This document shows positions 19,699-31,379 of a DNA stretch of 42,956 nt, piece by piece. The stretch lies in the IMG/VR virus record IMGVR_UViG_2721755643_000001; one strand, given 5' to 3'. How positions within the stretch are numbered: position 1 is the first letter of the stretch; each line of letters begins with the position of its first letter. The notes beneath the pieces are model-generated. The model had not been told where the DNA came from. It made no database searches and was given only the letters and a program-made list of their open reading frames with translations. Made by a program: the position numbers and the translations under genes. The stretch is from a virus (Duplodnaviria; Heunggongvirae; Uroviricota; Caudoviricetes).

Positions 19699-20195
19699 TG
19701 TCGCCATCATTACGCAAGGCTGTTGCAGTTGCTATTGGTGGCGGGGCTGTTGCTATAGCATCTGTGTTAATCACTGGCCCAGGTGGTAACGATGGTCTGG
19801 AAGGTGTCAGCTACATACCATACAAAGATATCATTGGTGTATGGACTGTATGTCACGGACACACCGGAAAAGACATCATGCCTGGTAAAACGTATACCGA
19901 AGCAGAATGCAAAGCTCTCCTGAATAAAGACCTTGCCACTGTCGCCAGACAAATTAACCCGTACATCAAAGTCGATATACCGGAAACAACGCGCGGCGCT
20001 CTTTACTCGTTCGTTTACAACGTGGGCGCTGGCAATTTCAGAACATCGACGCTTCTTCGCAAAATAAACCAGGGCGATATCAAAGGCGCATGTGACCAGC
20101 TACGTCGCTGGACATATGCTGGCGGTAAGCAATGGAAAGGGCTGATGACCCGTCGTGAGATTGAGCGTGAAGTCTGTTTGTGGGGGCAGCAATGA
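19698..20195 (+). CDS. R: SAR endolysin (lysozyme with N-terminal signal-anchor-release domain)
   Basis: Gly/Ala-rich weakly hydrophobic N-terminus ([23 protein letters not shown]) followed by a lysozyme-like domain; directly follows a pinholin. Confidence 0.85.
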   Translation: MSPSLRKAVAVAIGGGAVAIASVLITGPGGNDGLEGVSYIPYKDIIGVWTVCHGHTGKDIMPGKTYTEAECKALLNKDLATVARQINPYIKVDIPETTRGALYSFVYNVGAGNFRTSTLLRKINQGDIKGACDQLRRWTYAGGKQWKGLMTRREIEREVCLWGQQ

Positions 20196-20659
20196 GCAGA
20201 GTCACCGCGATTATCTCCGCTCTGGTTATCTGCATCATCGTCTGCCTGTCATGGGCTGTTAATCATTACCGTGATAACGCCATTACCTACAAAGAGCAGC
20301 GCGACAAAAACGCAAGAGAACTGAAGCTGGCGAACGCAACCATTACTGACATGCAGCAGCGCCAGCGTGATGCTGATGCACTCGATGCTAAATACACGAA
20401 GGAGTTAGCTGATGCGAAAGCTGAAAATGATGCTCTTCGGCGCAAGCTTGATAATGGTGGTCGGGTGCTCGTCAAAGGAAAATGCCCTGTGCCATCCTCA
20501 GCCGAAACCTCCAGCGCCTCCGGCATGGGCAATGATGCCACCGTCGAACTCTCTCCAGTTGCTGGACGAAACGTTCTCGGTATCCGGGACGGAATCATCA
20601 GCGACCAGACAGCATTGAGAATGCTTCAGGAGTACATCAGGACTCAGTGCCTGAAATAA
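20192..20659 (+). CDS. Rz: Inner-membrane spanin Rz
   Basis: N-terminal TM helix then charged coiled-coil-like region; ATGA overlap with the endolysin stop; contains Rz1 in another frame. Confidence 0.85.
   Translation: MSRVTAIISALVICIIVCLSWAVNHYRDNAITYKEQRDKNARELKLANATITDMQQRQRDADALDAKYTKELADAKAENDALRRKLDNGGRVLVKGKCPVPSSAETSSASGMGNDATVELSPVAGRNVLGIRDGIISDQTALRMLQEYIRTQCLK
20412..20618 (+). CDS. Rz1: Outer-membrane lipoprotein spanin Rz1, embedded in Rz
   Basis: [21 protein letters not shown] lipobox signal, proline-rich mature part ([13 protein letters not shown]); wholly inside Rz in the +1 frame. Confidence 0.85.
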   Translation: MRKLKMMLFGASLIMVVGCSSKENALCHPQPKPPAPPAWAMMPPSNSLQLLDETFSVSGTESSATRQH

Positions 20660-20864
20660 ATTTTTTTGCAAATCACAAAGTCCATTTAATGAGCCTCGCA
20701 CTTGCGGGGCTTTTATATGTCCGCAGTAAACCGCGCATCGCAGCGCATATAAACCCCGAGTCTTTCAGAAAGCTGAGCCTGAGAACTGCCGTATATGGTG
20801 GCGACCATCTCGGGGACGGCTTTTCTGTGCGAACAGGCTCATCTTTCTAAAAGGTAAAGACGCC

Positions 20865-21461
20865 ATGAACAAATCATTAACCGTTCTTCCTTCTGGCAAA
20901 TACCCGACCATGAGCAGTCTTGAGATGGTGGATTACATTAATGCTGATTGGGAATCAAAAGCAGAGGCGGAGGGGCTTGTGTTCCCCTGTAAGAAATATC
21001 GCAAACTCGAACACCGCAGTTTCATGAAGAAAGTACCCAGGGTCCTCGGGGATGCAGCTGCAAAATTTTTTGCAACTGATACCTATATCAACGGAACAGG
21101 TGGTGTTGTGGAGAGGGATATTTGCAATTTTCCCAAGCGTGAAGCTTGCCTCATGGCAATGAGCTACAGCTATGAGCTTCAGGCGCAGGTGTATGACCAC
21201 ATGACGGAGCTTGAGGGCGGGAAGGACATTAACCTCCTCGATTTCTCTGGCCTGACCGATATGGCAATCAGCGAAATGCAAAACCGTGTCGCGGCTGCTG
21301 AGAAGTTCTCATTTGAAATGCACGGTCAAGCAGGTAGCGCTCTCATGACTCGTCGGAAGAAAGAGAAGAAGGCCATTAAAAAGGCTGAGCAGCTTGTGAA
21401 GGATCTGATTCAGTTCAAGCTATGTGACATGGGGGATTTCCCTGATGGTAAACCAGCATGA
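20865..21461 (+). CDS. Hypothetical phage protein, possibly Rha/antirepressor-related (tentative)
   Basis: 198 aa; the segment ACLMAMSYSYELQAQVYDHMTELE loosely parallels the Rha C-terminal motif seen in the 8075..8623 protein. Confidence 0.5.
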   Translation: MNKSLTVLPSGKYPTMSSLEMVDYINADWESKAEAEGLVFPCKKYRKLEHRSFMKKVPRVLGDAAAKFFATDTYINGTGGVVERDICNFPKREACLMAMSYSYELQAQVYDHMTELEGGKDINLLDFSGLTDMAISEMQNRVAAAEKFSFEMHGQAGSALMTRRKKEKKAIKKAEQLVKDLIQFKLCDMGDFPDGKPA

Positions 21462-21670
21462 CTCCGATTGATTTCATACATAAAAATGTAACAACCGAGT
21501 TAATAAAGCTTGGGTACGACCAGAACGCGGCTATGACTGGCGCTGACATGGCGGTGGAGCATTACCGCCGTTGTTCACAAGCCAGCAGAAAAGGCCGAGT
21601 TTTCGATGACTGCCTGTACATTGCAAAACAGTGGGCAGGTAGGCAGAAAAGGGAAAAAATGACAACCTGA
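21458..21670 (+). CDS. Hypothetical small protein
   Basis: 70-aa ORF overlapping the upstream stop. Confidence 0.5.
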   Translation: MTPIDFIHKNVTTELIKLGYDQNAAMTGADMAVEHYRRCSQASRKGRVFDDCLYIAKQWAGRQKREKMTT

Positions 21671-21793
21671 GAGCTACTTTCACAACGGCTCTTCATTACA
21701 AAGCCCATCTACTGGTGGGCTTGATAATGGCTTATACCCTACACGGGATAACTTAACTGATATCCCTTTTAACGGATAAACGGAGCACAAATA

Positions 21794-22348
21794 ATGGCAA
21801 AGCTCACCGACAAACAAGAGCTGTTTGCCCGTGAGTACCTGAAAGATCTGAACGGCACACAGGCAGCTATCAGGGCGGGCTACAGCGAGAAGACCGCCAA
21901 TGAGCAGGCATCTCGATTATTAGCAAATGTTAATGTTCAAAAATTCGTTGCTGAACTTAAATCCGCCCGCGTTGAGCAGATGGGTATAGATGCCGCCTAT
22001 GTTCTTCGTAGATTGGTTGAAATCGACCAGATGGATGTGCTCGACATTCTCCTGCAAAACGGTGAGCTAAAGCCCATTAAAGACTGGCCTAAGGTATGGC
22101 GCACAACGCTATCAGGAATGGATGTCGTGGAGATGGTATCCGCAGATAGCGCCGCACTTCTGAAGAAAATTAAATGGCCTGATAAGGTTAAAAACCTTGA
22201 GTTGCTTGGGCGCCATGTTTCTGTTCAGGCGTTTAAAGACAACGTCAAAAATGAAGTGACTGGCGCTGACGGAGGACCAGTCAGAACAGAAATTACCAAA
22301 TTAACGCCTGAGCAGGCCGCAGAGGTGTATAGAAAAATGATGGGCTAA
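21794..22348 (+). CDS. Terminase small subunit
   Basis: N-terminus [35 protein letters not shown] typical of small terminase subunits; precedes the large subunit. Confidence 0.8.
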   Translation: MAKLTDKQELFAREYLKDLNGTQAAIRAGYSEKTANEQASRLLANVNVQKFVAELKSARVEQMGIDAAYVLRRLVEIDQMDVLDILLQNGELKPIKDWPKVWRTTLSGMDVVEMVSADSAALLKKIKWPDKVKNLELLGRHVSVQAFKDNVKNEVTGADGGPVRTEITKLTPEQAAEVYRKMMG

Positions 22349-22350
22349 GT

Positions 22351-23970
22351 ATGCCGTTACCATTCCCCTTCGATTTTAAACATCCTGATTACCAGATGGT
22401 TTTTGAATGGCGGATGGAACGCCTACAGCGCATTCGCCAGAATCCTGAAATATTGCCTGCACTAAAACAGTTTTACCGTACCAACCCGGCTCAGTTCATT
22501 ATCGACTGGGGCATGACAACGGACCCGCGTAATATTGATTATGGCCTGCCGGTGACCATTCCGTTTTTACTCTTCCCTAAGCAGGAGGAGTGGATCCACT
22601 GGATTATGGAACGCTGGAGCAATCGGGAGAATGGTATTACCGAAAAATCCCGTGAAATGGGGCTCAGTTGGACCGCGATCGGACTGGCCTGCTCGCTTTG
22701 TCTCTTCAACAAAGAAATGGTTATCGGTTTCGGCTCCCGTAAAGAGGAATACGTCGACAGCACCGGTGACCCGAAAGCATTGTTCTGGAAGGCGCGCAAG
22801 TTCGTGGAAACGCTACCTGTAGAGTTTCGCGGTTCGTGGAGCGAGAAGAAGCACGCGCCATATATGCGTGTTGAGTTTCCTGAAACTGGCGCGGTTATCA
22901 AAGGTGAGGCTGGCGATAATATCGGTCGTGGTGACCGTACGACCCTTTATTTTGTGGATGAGGCTGCTTTTCTCCAGCGACCATTACTTATTGATGCCGC
23001 GCTTTCCCAGACAACCCGATGTCGTATCGATCTCTCATCGGTTAACGGCATGAACAACCCCTTCGCACAGAAGCGGCACAGTGGAAAAATCCCGGTGTTT
23101 ACGTTTCACTGGCGTAGCGATCCGCGTAAAGACGATGAGTGGTATCACAAGGAGTGCGAGAAAATTGATAACCCAGTCATCGTTGCCCAGGAACTGGATC
23201 TTAATTACCAGGCATCAGCAGAAGGCATCCTGATCCCCTCAGAATGGGTACAGGCTGCGGTTGATGCACATATCAGACTGGGCATTCAGCCCGGCGGCCA
23301 ACGGCTTGGTGCAATGGATGTCGCCGACGAAGGGCGGGATAAAAACGCCTGTTCGCTCCGTTATGGCATCCTGCTGAATGACGTACAGGAGTGGTCAGGT
23401 AAGGGGAGTGACATCTATGACTCTGTGGTTAAGGTTTTTGGTCTGTGCGATGACTTTGGTGCCGATGAGTTTCGCTTTGATGAGGACGGATTGGGTGCTG
23501 GCGTTCGTGGTGATGCGCGCGCTATCAACGAACTGCGTGAAGCGGAGGGCATCTGTCAAATCACCGCCACTCCATTCCGGGGCAGCGGGAGCGTGTTTCA
23601 TCCTGAAAATGAAGCTGTTCCCGGTGATAATGGTAAACCGGCTCGTCTGAATAAGGACTTTTTTGTCAATGCCAAAGCCCAGGGGTGGTGGCATCTTCGC
23701 AAATTATTCCGCAATACATTTCGTGCACTACAGGGTATGGAGTATGACCCGGATGAGATTATTTCCATCAGCAGCACAATGGAAAATAAAGACCGGTTGT
23801 TGATGGAGCTGTCACAACCTACCTGGTCAAAAAATGCCACCGGAAAAATTCTTGTGGATAAGCAACCTGACGGAACGAAATCTCCAAACCTGGCTGATTC
23901 TGTGATGATTGCTTATGCCCCGATGGAAATGCCCATCGTAATTTCTGATGACTTTATGGAGTGGATCTGA
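22351..23970 (+). CDS. Terminase large subunit
   Basis: 539 aa; Walker B-like [10 protein letters not shown]; size and position between small terminase and portal. Confidence 0.8.
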   Translation: MPLPFPFDFKHPDYQMVFEWRMERLQRIRQNPEILPALKQFYRTNPAQFIIDWGMTTDPRNIDYGLPVTIPFLLFPKQEEWIHWIMERWSNRENGITEKSREMGLSWTAIGLACSLCLFNKEMVIGFGSRKEEYVDSTGDPKALFWKARKFVETLPVEFRGSWSEKKHAPYMRVEFPETGAVIKGEAGDNIGRGDRTTLYFVDEAAFLQRPLLIDAALSQTTRCRIDLSSVNGMNNPFAQKRHSGKIPVFTFHWRSDPRKDDEWYHKECEKIDNPVIVAQELDLNYQASAEGILIPSEWVQAAVDAHIRLGIQPGGQRLGAMDVADEGRDKNACSLRYGILLNDVQEWSGKGSDIYDSVVKVFGLCDDFGADEFRFDEDGLGAGVRGDARAINELREAEGICQITATPFRGSGSVFHPENEAVPGDNGKPARLNKDFFVNAKAQGWWHLRKLFRNTFRALQGMEYDPDEIISISSTMENKDRLLMELSQPTWSKNATGKILVDKQPDGTKSPNLADSVMIAYAPMEMPIVISDDFMEWI

Positions 23971-25511
23971 TGTGGCCGTTTAAACGAAAAGAACCGTCAG
24001 CGCCGGCGGTACCGGACAAACAACCTGAACCACAGCCACCGGAAATTAACGATGAGGTGATCGCTTCCGTCCGGCAGAAACCACGGAGGGAGTTTGTTCG
24101 CTATGAGCCACCACCGGGCGTTATCCCGGCACCGGTTCGCGACGCTGTGCTGGCAATGGATGCAACACCGTATGACACCCTGAACAGTCATTATCCTGAT
24201 TTTGTTTATGGTGGTTTCCCGGGCTATCCGTATCTGGCACTTCAGGCGCAGTTACCGGAGTACCGGCGTATGGTCAGTGTGCTTGCCGAGGAGATGACCC
24301 GTAAGTGGATAAAGGTTAAGGCGGTCGGAGAAGGGGACGACAGCCACGCGTCACGCATAGCGCAGCTTACTGACGCACTGGAGCACTATAACGTACAGGA
24401 CGTTTTCAGACTGGCGATTGAGTACGACGGCTTTTTCGGGCGAGGGCAGATTTATATTGATGTGCGTTCGCCATCGGGTATATCTGCCTGGACTGACCCG
24501 GCGGAGCTGGGATCCGGACTGTTTATTTCCGACAAAAAAATCCCGAAAGGTTCCCTGCTGGGGCTTCGTGTTATTGAACCCGTCTGGACGTATCCGGGTA
24601 TATATAACGCGGATAATCCGCTGAGTGATGATTTTTACCGTCCGTCCGAATGGTACGTAATGGGAAAAACGGTTCACGCCAGCCGCATGATTGATCTGAT
24701 CTCCCGTCCGGTTCCGGACATGCTGAAGCCGGCCTACAACTTTGGCGGCCTGTCACTGGTTCAGATTGCTGAGCCTTATGTTGATAACTGGCTGCGAACA
24801 CGCGACAGCGTGGGCGATATGCTGCATTCGTTTTCGCTGAGCGGGATTAAGACGGATATGACACAGGTATTAAGTGGTAAAAGGGACCCGAATTACGCAA
24901 AACGCGCGGAGTTGTTTAACCGTACCCGTGATAACCGCGGGCTGCTGATGCTGGACAAGACGAACGAAGAGTTTTTCCAGTTCAACACTCCCCTGAGCGG
25001 CCTCGACACCCTTCAGGCGCAGGCACAGGAACACATGTTCTTTGTCAGTGCCATACCGTCCGTAAAATTCGCCGGGCTGAGCCCAACGGGACTGAATGCG
25101 TCGAGTGAGGGTGAAATCCGGGTGTTTTACGACACCATTGCTGCACTTGCCACCCGTCTTCTGAAGAAACCGCTGAAAAAGGTGCTGGATATTATCCAGT
25201 TGTCTGAGTTCGGCGATATCGATCCTGATATCACGTTTGAATTTGAACCTCTGCATGAACTGACGCGCGAGCAACTGGCGAATATCCGTAAAACTGAGGC
25301 GGAAACGGATCAGATTTATGAGAGCACCGGAGCAGTGACCAATAACGAAGTACGCGAACGGCTGGCGACTGCGCAGGACAGCCCGTACAGCGGTATTGAC
25401 CTGAGCGGGGACATCGAAATTGACGACACTGAAATTGACAACACCGAAGAAAATCCGCCGCAAGGCCCGAATGCAGACCCTGAGGCGGATTTCACCCAAC
25501 GCGGGGATTGA
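23970..25511 (+). CDS. Portal protein (tentative)
   Basis: About 513 aa directly after the large terminase; acidic C-terminus; start taken at the ATG overlapping the terminase stop. Confidence 0.65.
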   Translation: MWPFKRKEPSAPAVPDKQPEPQPPEINDEVIASVRQKPRREFVRYEPPPGVIPAPVRDAVLAMDATPYDTLNSHYPDFVYGGFPGYPYLALQAQLPEYRRMVSVLAEEMTRKWIKVKAVGEGDDSHASRIAQLTDALEHYNVQDVFRLAIEYDGFFGRGQIYIDVRSPSGISAWTDPAELGSGLFISDKKIPKGSLLGLRVIEPVWTYPGIYNADNPLSDDFYRPSEWYVMGKTVHASRMIDLISRPVPDMLKPAYNFGGLSLVQIAEPYVDNWLRTRDSVGDMLHSFSLSGIKTDMTQVLSGKRDPNYAKRAELFNRTRDNRGLLMLDKTNEEFFQFNTPLSGLDTLQAQAQEHMFFVSAIPSVKFAGLSPTGLNASSEGEIRVFYDTIAALATRLLKKPLKKVLDIIQLSEFGDIDPDITFEFEPLHELTREQLANIRKTEAETDQIYESTGAVTNNEVRERLATAQDSPYSGIDLSGDIEIDDTEIDNTEENPPQGPNADPEADFTQRGD

Positions 25512-26241
25512 GGCCTGGTACCGCAGACAACTGGATAATGCCGTCAGTGGGATGCACAACAGTGTACTTTACTGGCTGCGGGCTGAGTACCGTAAAACAG
25601 ACCTCGCGCAGGATGCGTCCCCCGTTAACCTGATGCGTGGTGCCATGCAGCAACTTGCCCGGCGCTGGCAGAAAAATTTTGACGAAATGGCCCTGCGGCT
25701 GGCGAGGCGGTTTGCCGGTGATGTCCTGAAAAACAGCGATGCGTCACTGTACACTGCGCTCCGTGATGCCGGGTTTACGGTTCCTTTCCGTATGACAACG
25801 GAGATGAATACCGCACTTCAGGCCAGCATCACGGAGAATGTGAACCTCATTCGCTCCATCCCGCAGCAACATCTCACCCAGGTGGAAACACTGGTCATGC
25901 AGTCTGTTGGCCGGGGACGTGACCTGAAAACGCTGACCGATGAACTGGAAAAACGTTACGGCATCACACGACGGCGCGCGGCGCTGATTGCCCGCGACCA
26001 GAACAATAAGGCAACGTCGGTAATGCAGGCCGCCAGACAGCGTTCGGTGGGTATCACTGAAGGTGTCTGGAGGCATTCCCGCGCGGGTAAAACATGGCGT
26101 CCGTCGCATGTGAAGGCGAACGGTAAACGGTTTGACCTGCGAAAGGGGATGTTTCTGGATGGTAAGTGGGTACTGCCGGGCGAAGAAATCAACTGCCGGT
26201 GTGGCTGGGAGGCCGTTATTCCCGGACTGGAGAAAAAATGA
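25471..26241 (+). CDS. Head morphogenesis protein (Mu F / SPP1 gp7 family)
   Basis: C-terminal NCRC motif ([12 protein letters not shown]) characteristic of this family; start ambiguous (25420 or 25471), overlapping the portal 3' end. Confidence 0.7.
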   Translation: MQTLRRISPNAGIEAWYRRQLDNAVSGMHNSVLYWLRAEYRKTDLAQDASPVNLMRGAMQQLARRWQKNFDEMALRLARRFAGDVLKNSDASLYTALRDAGFTVPFRMTTEMNTALQASITENVNLIRSIPQQHLTQVETLVMQSVGRGRDLKTLTDELEKRYGITRRRAALIARDQNNKATSVMQAARQRSVGITEGVWRHSRAGKTWRPSHVKANGKRFDLRKGMFLDGKWVLPGEEINCRCGWEAVIPGLEKK

Positions 26242-27587
26242 TTATTACCGAAATGCTGGCGTTTGACCGGGCATCGGTAAGGCAGTTCGATAAAGTCGGT
26301 CGCCTCCAGATTGAGCGCAGTAATCTCAGCAAGGCGAACGTCTGCGGTTATTTCGGGTATGAAATACCGGGGGCGGAAGCGCTGGGACTCGACCCCAAAA
26401 AACTTTATCAGCTTTACCGTGACCCCGATGAACTGCGCAAGGCAGTTTCAACCTTCAACAATATTCCCGTCCTGTGCCGACACAAACCCGATTATCCGGG
26501 CGCGCCCGCGCGCGAGTACCGGGTGGGGACGACTCATGCCAACAGCGAGTTTGACGGTACCTATCTGGTTAATGGCATGTCCATCTGGGACAACTCCGCC
26601 ATCGCGGGGATAGAAACGGATGAACAACGGGAAATCTCATCGTCATATGCCTATGTGGCAGATATGACGCCGGGAACCACCCCCGACGGTGAGCCGTATG
26701 ACGGCGTTATGCGGAATATCGTGGGAAATCATGTGGCCCTGGTCGGCGATGGCCGGGTAGGGTCGGACTGTCTTGTTATGGACTCTCTCCCTCAGGAGCT
26801 AAAACGCATGAAACTGAGTAAAAAAGAAGTGGCGGTGCTTACCGCGCTGGGAACCTATCTTGCGCCGCGTCTGGCGCAGGATGCGGCTCCCGGGGATTTG
26901 TTACGCCTGATGGCGCAGTATAAGCGTCCGGCAGCTATCGCCAGCGCGGTAAAAACTGCTTACAGCGAACGGCTGGCACAGGATATGGATATTGAACCGG
27001 CGGAGCTGGCGCAACTGATGGAATCAGCAGAAGCCGTACCGGAGCTGGTCGGGGATGATGATACCGGGTTAACTGACGAGTCGAAGGCATTTGATACCGA
27101 CAGCCCGATGGAAAGTGTACTGGCGTTGCTGTCCGGCAAAGTTCCTGATGATGTGCTGGAAAAAATTAAATCCGCACTGTCTCCGACAACCGACGAAGCC
27201 CCCGAAACAAAAGAGGCTGATGTGAAACCCGACGATGTGAAAGTCGATAAACCTGCGATGGATGCAGCAATCAGGCTGGCAACTGACCAGGCAACGAAAC
27301 GGGCTGCTGAAAATTTCCGCGCCGTCCGTGTGGCTGAAGCTGAAGTGCGACCGCTGATTGGCGATGTGGTGGCGATGGACTGCGCCGAAGATGTTTACCG
27401 TACCGCGCTGGAACAGACGGGGATCGATATCCAGGGTATTCACCCCGGTGCGTACCGCAGCATGGTGAAGTTTGCCGTTGAGCAGAAGCAGACGGCCAAA
27501 TCCTCTCCCCGTGTGGCGATGGATCAGGCCAGCGCATCGACGTTTGCGGCAGATTTCCCCGGTGCAAAACTGAAACGAGGTTACTGA
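26238..27587 (+). CDS. Putative scaffold / prohead-processing protein
   Basis: 449 aa between the MuF-like and capsid genes; acidic, Ala-rich helical C-terminal half; ATGA overlap. Confidence 0.55.
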   Translation: MIITEMLAFDRASVRQFDKVGRLQIERSNLSKANVCGYFGYEIPGAEALGLDPKKLYQLYRDPDELRKAVSTFNNIPVLCRHKPDYPGAPAREYRVGTTHANSEFDGTYLVNGMSIWDNSAIAGIETDEQREISSSYAYVADMTPGTTPDGEPYDGVMRNIVGNHVALVGDGRVGSDCLVMDSLPQELKRMKLSKKEVAVLTALGTYLAPRLAQDAAPGDLLRLMAQYKRPAAIASAVKTAYSERLAQDMDIEPAELAQLMESAEAVPELVGDDDTGLTDESKAFDTDSPMESVLALLSGKVPDDVLEKIKSALSPTTDEAPETKEADVKPDDVKVDKPAMDAAIRLATDQATKRAAENFRAVRVAEAEVRPLIGDVVAMDCAEDVYRTALEQTGIDIQGIHPGAYRSMVKFAVEQKQTAKSSPRVAMDQASASTFAADFPGAKLKRGY

Positions 27588-27588
27588 T

Positions 27589-28071
27589 ATGAATACTTTT
27601 CAGACACACATGAACCAGTACCCGGCACCGGGTATTCCGGGGGCGTTTGCCAGTGCTAACCCTCATGCCTCGTATGTGGCGGGAGATGGCGGGCTGATTA
27701 CCGGCCCTGACGGGCTGGTAATTGCCCGGTTTGCCTGGGTAACCAAAGGTGTTGCCGCTAATAAGGGGGCCGGCGCACCGGCGGGTTTTGTTCCTCGTGA
27801 CGGGCAGGCTTCCATTGTGGAATGGCTGGCCGGGGACTCGAACACCATTTATCCGGGGCGTGAATGCACCCTGATGGTGTCGGGGGATTTCTGGGCGCTG
27901 ACCACCACTACTGCGACGATCGGGCAGAAAGTATTTGCCTCACTGGCCACCGGGGAGATAGCCACGGGGGCGGCTGGCACCTCGATGGCGGGGTTTGTCG
28001 AAACCTGGTTTTCCGTTGCCAGCGCTGCGGCGGCAAAAGAAGTCATTAAGATCAGTACCTGGAGCAAATAA
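27589..28071 (+). CDS. Putative head decoration / structural protein
   Basis: 160 aa, Gly/Ala/Thr-rich, immediately before the major capsid gene. Confidence 0.45.
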   Translation: MNTFQTHMNQYPAPGIPGAFASANPHASYVAGDGGLITGPDGLVIARFAWVTKGVAANKGAGAPAGFVPRDGQASIVEWLAGDSNTIYPGRECTLMVSGDFWALTTTTATIGQKVFASLATGEIATGAAGTSMAGFVETWFSVASAAAAKEVIKISTWSK

Positions 28072-29099
28072 TGAATAAATTTAAACAGCATTATGCGACG
28101 GCAAGTCGCGACTACGGGATTATTCTTCCCGGAGCACAGGCTTATTTGCCGAAGGAGTACGCCGCCGATTACGGACTGGCGATGGACGCGCAGCCTGCGC
28201 TGGTCACAGCGGCTAACAGTGGTATCCCTGCGTATTTCACCAATTACGTTGAGCCAGAACTGATCCGCGTGCTGGTGACGCCGATGAAAGCCGCTCAGAT
28301 TCTGGGCGAAACCAAAAAAGGTGACTGGACGACACTGTCGGCACAATTCCCGATTGCAGAATCTGACGGGGAGGTGAGTTCCTACGGGGATTACAGCAAC
28401 AACGGGGTGGTAAGCGCAAACGTCAACTGGGTACCGCGCCAGAGCTATCACTTCCAGACCTTCACCGTATGGGGCGAACGTGAGCTGGAGATGTACGGCG
28501 CAGCCCGTATTGGCTGGGCGGCAGAGCTGAACGTGGCGTCAGCACTGACGCTGAATAAGTTCCAGAATAAGTCCTATTTCTACGGTATTGCCGGACTGAC
28601 GAACTACGGTTTGCTGAATGATCCGTCGTTATCTGCACCAATCACCCCGGATACCGTTGATGGTAAACTGAAGTGGGACGACAAGGACGGACAGGGCGTG
28701 TATGACGATATCGTGAAACTCTTTAAGCAACTGGTGAAACAGACTAACGGTCATATTGAGCGTACCGACAAAATGAAACTGTGCATGTCGCCGCTGGCAG
28801 AGGTGAACCTCACCAAAACAAACCAGTACAGGGTTAACGTGTCCGATCTGCTGGCGAAAAATTTCCCGGCGATGACCATTGAAACGGCGGTGGAATACAC
28901 CTCTGACGCTGGCGAGCTGGTACAGCTTATCGCGGAGCGTCTGGGTGAACAGGATACAGGCTATTGCGCTTTCACTGAAAAAATGCGCGCCCATGCGGTA
29001 GTGGCAGATACGTCTTCCTGGAAACAGAAAAAATCCGCTGGTACCTGGGGGGCGATTATTCGCCAGCCGCTGGCGTATGCACAAATGCTGGGGGTGTGA
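28071..29099 (+). CDS. Major capsid protein (tentative)
   Basis: 342 aa, position after scaffold and decoration genes; no conserved motif verified. Confidence 0.65.
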   Translation: MNKFKQHYATASRDYGIILPGAQAYLPKEYAADYGLAMDAQPALVTAANSGIPAYFTNYVEPELIRVLVTPMKAAQILGETKKGDWTTLSAQFPIAESDGEVSSYGDYSNNGVVSANVNWVPRQSYHFQTFTVWGERELEMYGAARIGWAAELNVASALTLNKFQNKSYFYGIAGLTNYGLLNDPSLSAPITPDTVDGKLKWDDKDGQGVYDDIVKLFKQLVKQTNGHIERTDKMKLCMSPLAEVNLTKTNQYRVNVSDLLAKNFPAMTIETAVEYTSDAGELVQLIAERLGEQDTGYCAFTEKMRAHAVVADTSSWKQKKSAGTWGAIIRQPLAYAQMLGV

Positions 29100-29102
29100 G
29101 TT

Positions 29103-29450
29103 ATGGCTGAAATGGTAACAGTGGGCTGCAAACTGCCGAACGGTCTGGTGCTGGAAGTGGGTCAGAAACGGGTTCAGGTGGCAGGCTGGCGGAATAACGC
29201 GGTTAAAATTGTGGGGGGCTATGGTCTGACGCAGGTCGATAAGGTGTTTTTTGACGCCTGGCTGGCGGAGCACGGACAGCAACCTTATGTGAAAAATGGC
29301 GTTATTTTTGCGCAGGATAAGGCGAACAGTGCAGTCTCGCAGGCTACGGAGCAGAAAGCCGTTAAATCCGGCCTTGAACCGCTGCCGCAGAAAAATCCGG
29401 CTCCGGGCGTTAACCGCAATGATGAAGTGATGGGTAAACCTCAGGAGTAA
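29103..29450 (+). CDS. Hypothetical head-associated protein
   Basis: 115-aa ORF in the structural operon. Confidence 0.5.
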   Translation: MAEMVTVGCKLPNGLVLEVGQKRVQVAGWRNNAVKIVGGYGLTQVDKVFFDAWLAEHGQQPYVKNGVIFAQDKANSAVSQATEQKAVKSGLEPLPQKNPAPGVNRNDEVMGKPQE

Positions 29451-29455
29451 ACGCT

Positions 29456-29914
29456 ATGGGTACGGTGACGTTTGACTGTCGGATGTTTGTCAGTCTGTAC
29501 CCGGAGTTTTCCACGGTGACACCGGAGCTACTGACGGCGGTGTTTAACCAGGCGACCGCGTTGTACCTGGATAACACGGACGACAGTCCGGTTACCGACC
29601 TGAAGGAGCGGGAACAGCTTCTGTTCCTGCTGGTTGCGCATCTGTGCGCATTGCGGGGGCTGGGAAACGGGAGAGACGGGCAGGCTGGTCTGGTGGGGCG
29701 TATCACCAGTGCGTCGGAAGGTTCTGTATCGGTATCGGTGGATAATAGCGGCAGTAATGATGCGTCGTGGTGGTATCTCCAGACCCCCTGGGGTGCTGAC
29801 TACTGGCAGGCGACAGCGCCATACCGCTCAATGCAGTATCATTCCGGGGGGTCACCTTCGCGATATCCGGGGCATTATTACCGGGGATACGGGAGGGGCG
29901 TCGATGGTAAATAA
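29456..29914 (+). CDS. Putative head-tail connector / adaptor
   Basis: 152 aa; position after the capsid gene; family guess only. Confidence 0.45.
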   Translation: MGTVTFDCRMFVSLYPEFSTVTPELLTAVFNQATALYLDNTDDSPVTDLKEREQLLFLLVAHLCALRGLGNGRDGQAGLVGRITSASEGSVSVSVDNSGSNDASWWYLQTPWGADYWQATAPYRSMQYHSGGSPSRYPGHYYRGYGRGVDGK

Positions 29915-30236
29915 AGTCACAGGTGGCAAACAGTTCCGGCAGAAGCTGAAACAGGTTGCCGCGAACCTTTCATTGGGTAAAAAACTCAAAGTGGGTTTTC
30001 TTGAGGGAGCAACTTACCCTGACGGTACGTCAGTGGCTTATATTGCCGCAGTTCAGGAGTTTGGTGGAAGAGCGGTCATACCCGCCCGTGAGCAGACGCT
30101 CCACTTTCGCTATAACGAAAAAACGGGAGAAACCGGGCACCGCTTTGTCAAAGCCGGTAAAGGGAATTTTGTTCAGGATGTGGTTATTCCTGAGCACACG
30201 GTCACCATTCCCCCCGTCCGTTCTTCCGTAAGATGA
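29904..30236 (+). CDS. Putative head-tail joining protein (HK97 gp10-like N-terminal part, tentative)
   Basis: Internal ATG of track ORF 29634..30236; [22 protein letters not shown] resembles the start of HK97 gp10-family proteins. Confidence 0.45.
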   Translation: MVNKVTGGKQFRQKLKQVAANLSLGKKLKVGFLEGATYPDGTSVAYIAAVQEFGGRAVIPAREQTLHFRYNEKTGETGHRFVKAGKGNFVQDVVIPEHTVTIPPVRSSVR

Positions 30237-30487
30237 TCGAACATAAAAGTCCCGAATGGGGCGAAAAAATGGCGACCTTATTACGGGCGAATGATTTTGA
30301 TACTGCGACCGCTCTGGTGTGTATGGGAGAACATATCAAAGGGCAGTTGCAGATGTCTGTTCGCGACTGGGAAAGTCCGCCCAACGCTGCATCCACTGCC
30401 CGGCAAAAGGGTTTTAACAACCCGCTTATTGAAACCGGACATATGATGGACAGCGTTGATTATTCTGTAGACGGGGGCAAAAAATGA
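30233..30487 (+). CDS. Hypothetical small structural protein
   Basis: 84-aa ORF, ATGA overlap with the previous gene. Confidence 0.45.
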   Translation: MIEHKSPEWGEKMATLLRANDFDTATALVCMGEHIKGQLQMSVRDWESPPNAASTARQKGFNNPLIETGHMMDSVDYSVDGGKK

Positions 30488-30849
30488 ACTTTCACGGTAT
30501 TGTTTCCGGCGCAGTACGTCGGGTAAATCCCTTTACAGACGCGCTGGTTTATCGTTCCCGCGGGAGTACACAGCAGGCAGATTATTCCCGCGTACCTGAG
30601 TATGAAGATCCGGTTTCCGTCAGGGTGCAAAAGCAGGCTGTCACCCAGGCTGATTTACGTCATCTTGATAATCTTAACCAGCAGGGAGTTTTCGCCACAT
30701 TGTATACCGATGGTAACTGGTGCGGGCTTAACCGTGCCCGGCAACAGGGAGGCGATAAATTTGTTATTGGCGATGAAACGTGGCTGGTGATTGAGGTACC
30801 GGAAATCTGGCCTGACTGGACGAGGGTTATTGTATGCCTTCAGGTGTGA
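30484..30849 (+). CDS. Hypothetical tail-associated protein
   Basis: 121-aa ORF overlapping its neighbours. Confidence 0.5.
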   Translation: MNFHGIVSGAVRRVNPFTDALVYRSRGSTQQADYSRVPEYEDPVSVRVQKQAVTQADLRHLDNLNQQGVFATLYTDGNWCGLNRARQQGGDKFVIGDETWLVIEVPEIWPDWTRVIVCLQV

Positions 30850-31379
30850 CCCTCTCCGTTACGGAAAGCGCTCTTTATCAGGCCCTCGGTGATTATCTCC
30901 GGGGGCTTTTTTCTGATGCCGGGATTGAACGAACGCAGCAGAACCAGGTCCCGATGCCTCAGGGGAATTTCATCACCATGACGGGCATTGATGTTACCGG
31001 ATTATCCACTGCGGTAGTGGCATATTCTGCGCCAGCGCAGGCTGGTGAGGGCTCTCAGCATATCACCCGTACCACAAAATGGCGTTGCCAGCTTGATTTC
31101 TACGGCCCTCACGCGGCAGATAACGCGCAGGTGCTGGCAACGCTTTTCCGGTCTGAATTTTCCGTACGGCTTTTCCGGCAGGGCGGTGGGCTGATTTCCC
31201 CGCTGTATTGCTCAGAGCCCTTTAACACCACATTCCCCAACGGTCAGCAACAGTATGAACCGCGCTGGACGCTTGATATTCAGATGCAGATTAACCCTGT
31301 GGTCACAACTTCCCTGATGTTTTTTGACAACGTGATCACCCGGACAACGGAGGCTGATAATGCCAATTCCACTCAGTAA
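30834..31379 (+). CDS. Hypothetical tail-associated protein
   Basis: 181-aa ORF immediately before the sheath-like gene. Confidence 0.5.
   Translation: MPSGVTLSVTESALYQALGDYLRGLFSDAGIERTQQNQVPMPQGNFITMTGIDVTGLSTAVVAYSAPAQAGEGSQHITRTTKWRCQLDFYGPHAADNAQVLATLFRSEFSVRLFRQGGGLISPLYCSEPFNTTFPNGQQQYEPRWTLDIQMQINPVVTTSLMFFDNVITRTTEADNANSTQ

Noticed and set aside
20647-20850. 67-aa ORF between Rz and the next gene
   Set aside because: No ribosome-binding site, low-complexity product, and it overlaps palindromic intergenic sequence; likely non-coding.
24870-25559. 229-aa minus-strand ORF inside the portal and head-morphogenesis genes
   Set aside because: Antisense to well-supported structural genes in a unidirectional late operon; Cys/Arg-rich composition typical of spurious antisense frames. 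The same reasoning applies to the minus-strand track ORFs at 27849-28451, 28629-29282, 31557-32099 and 40642-41097.
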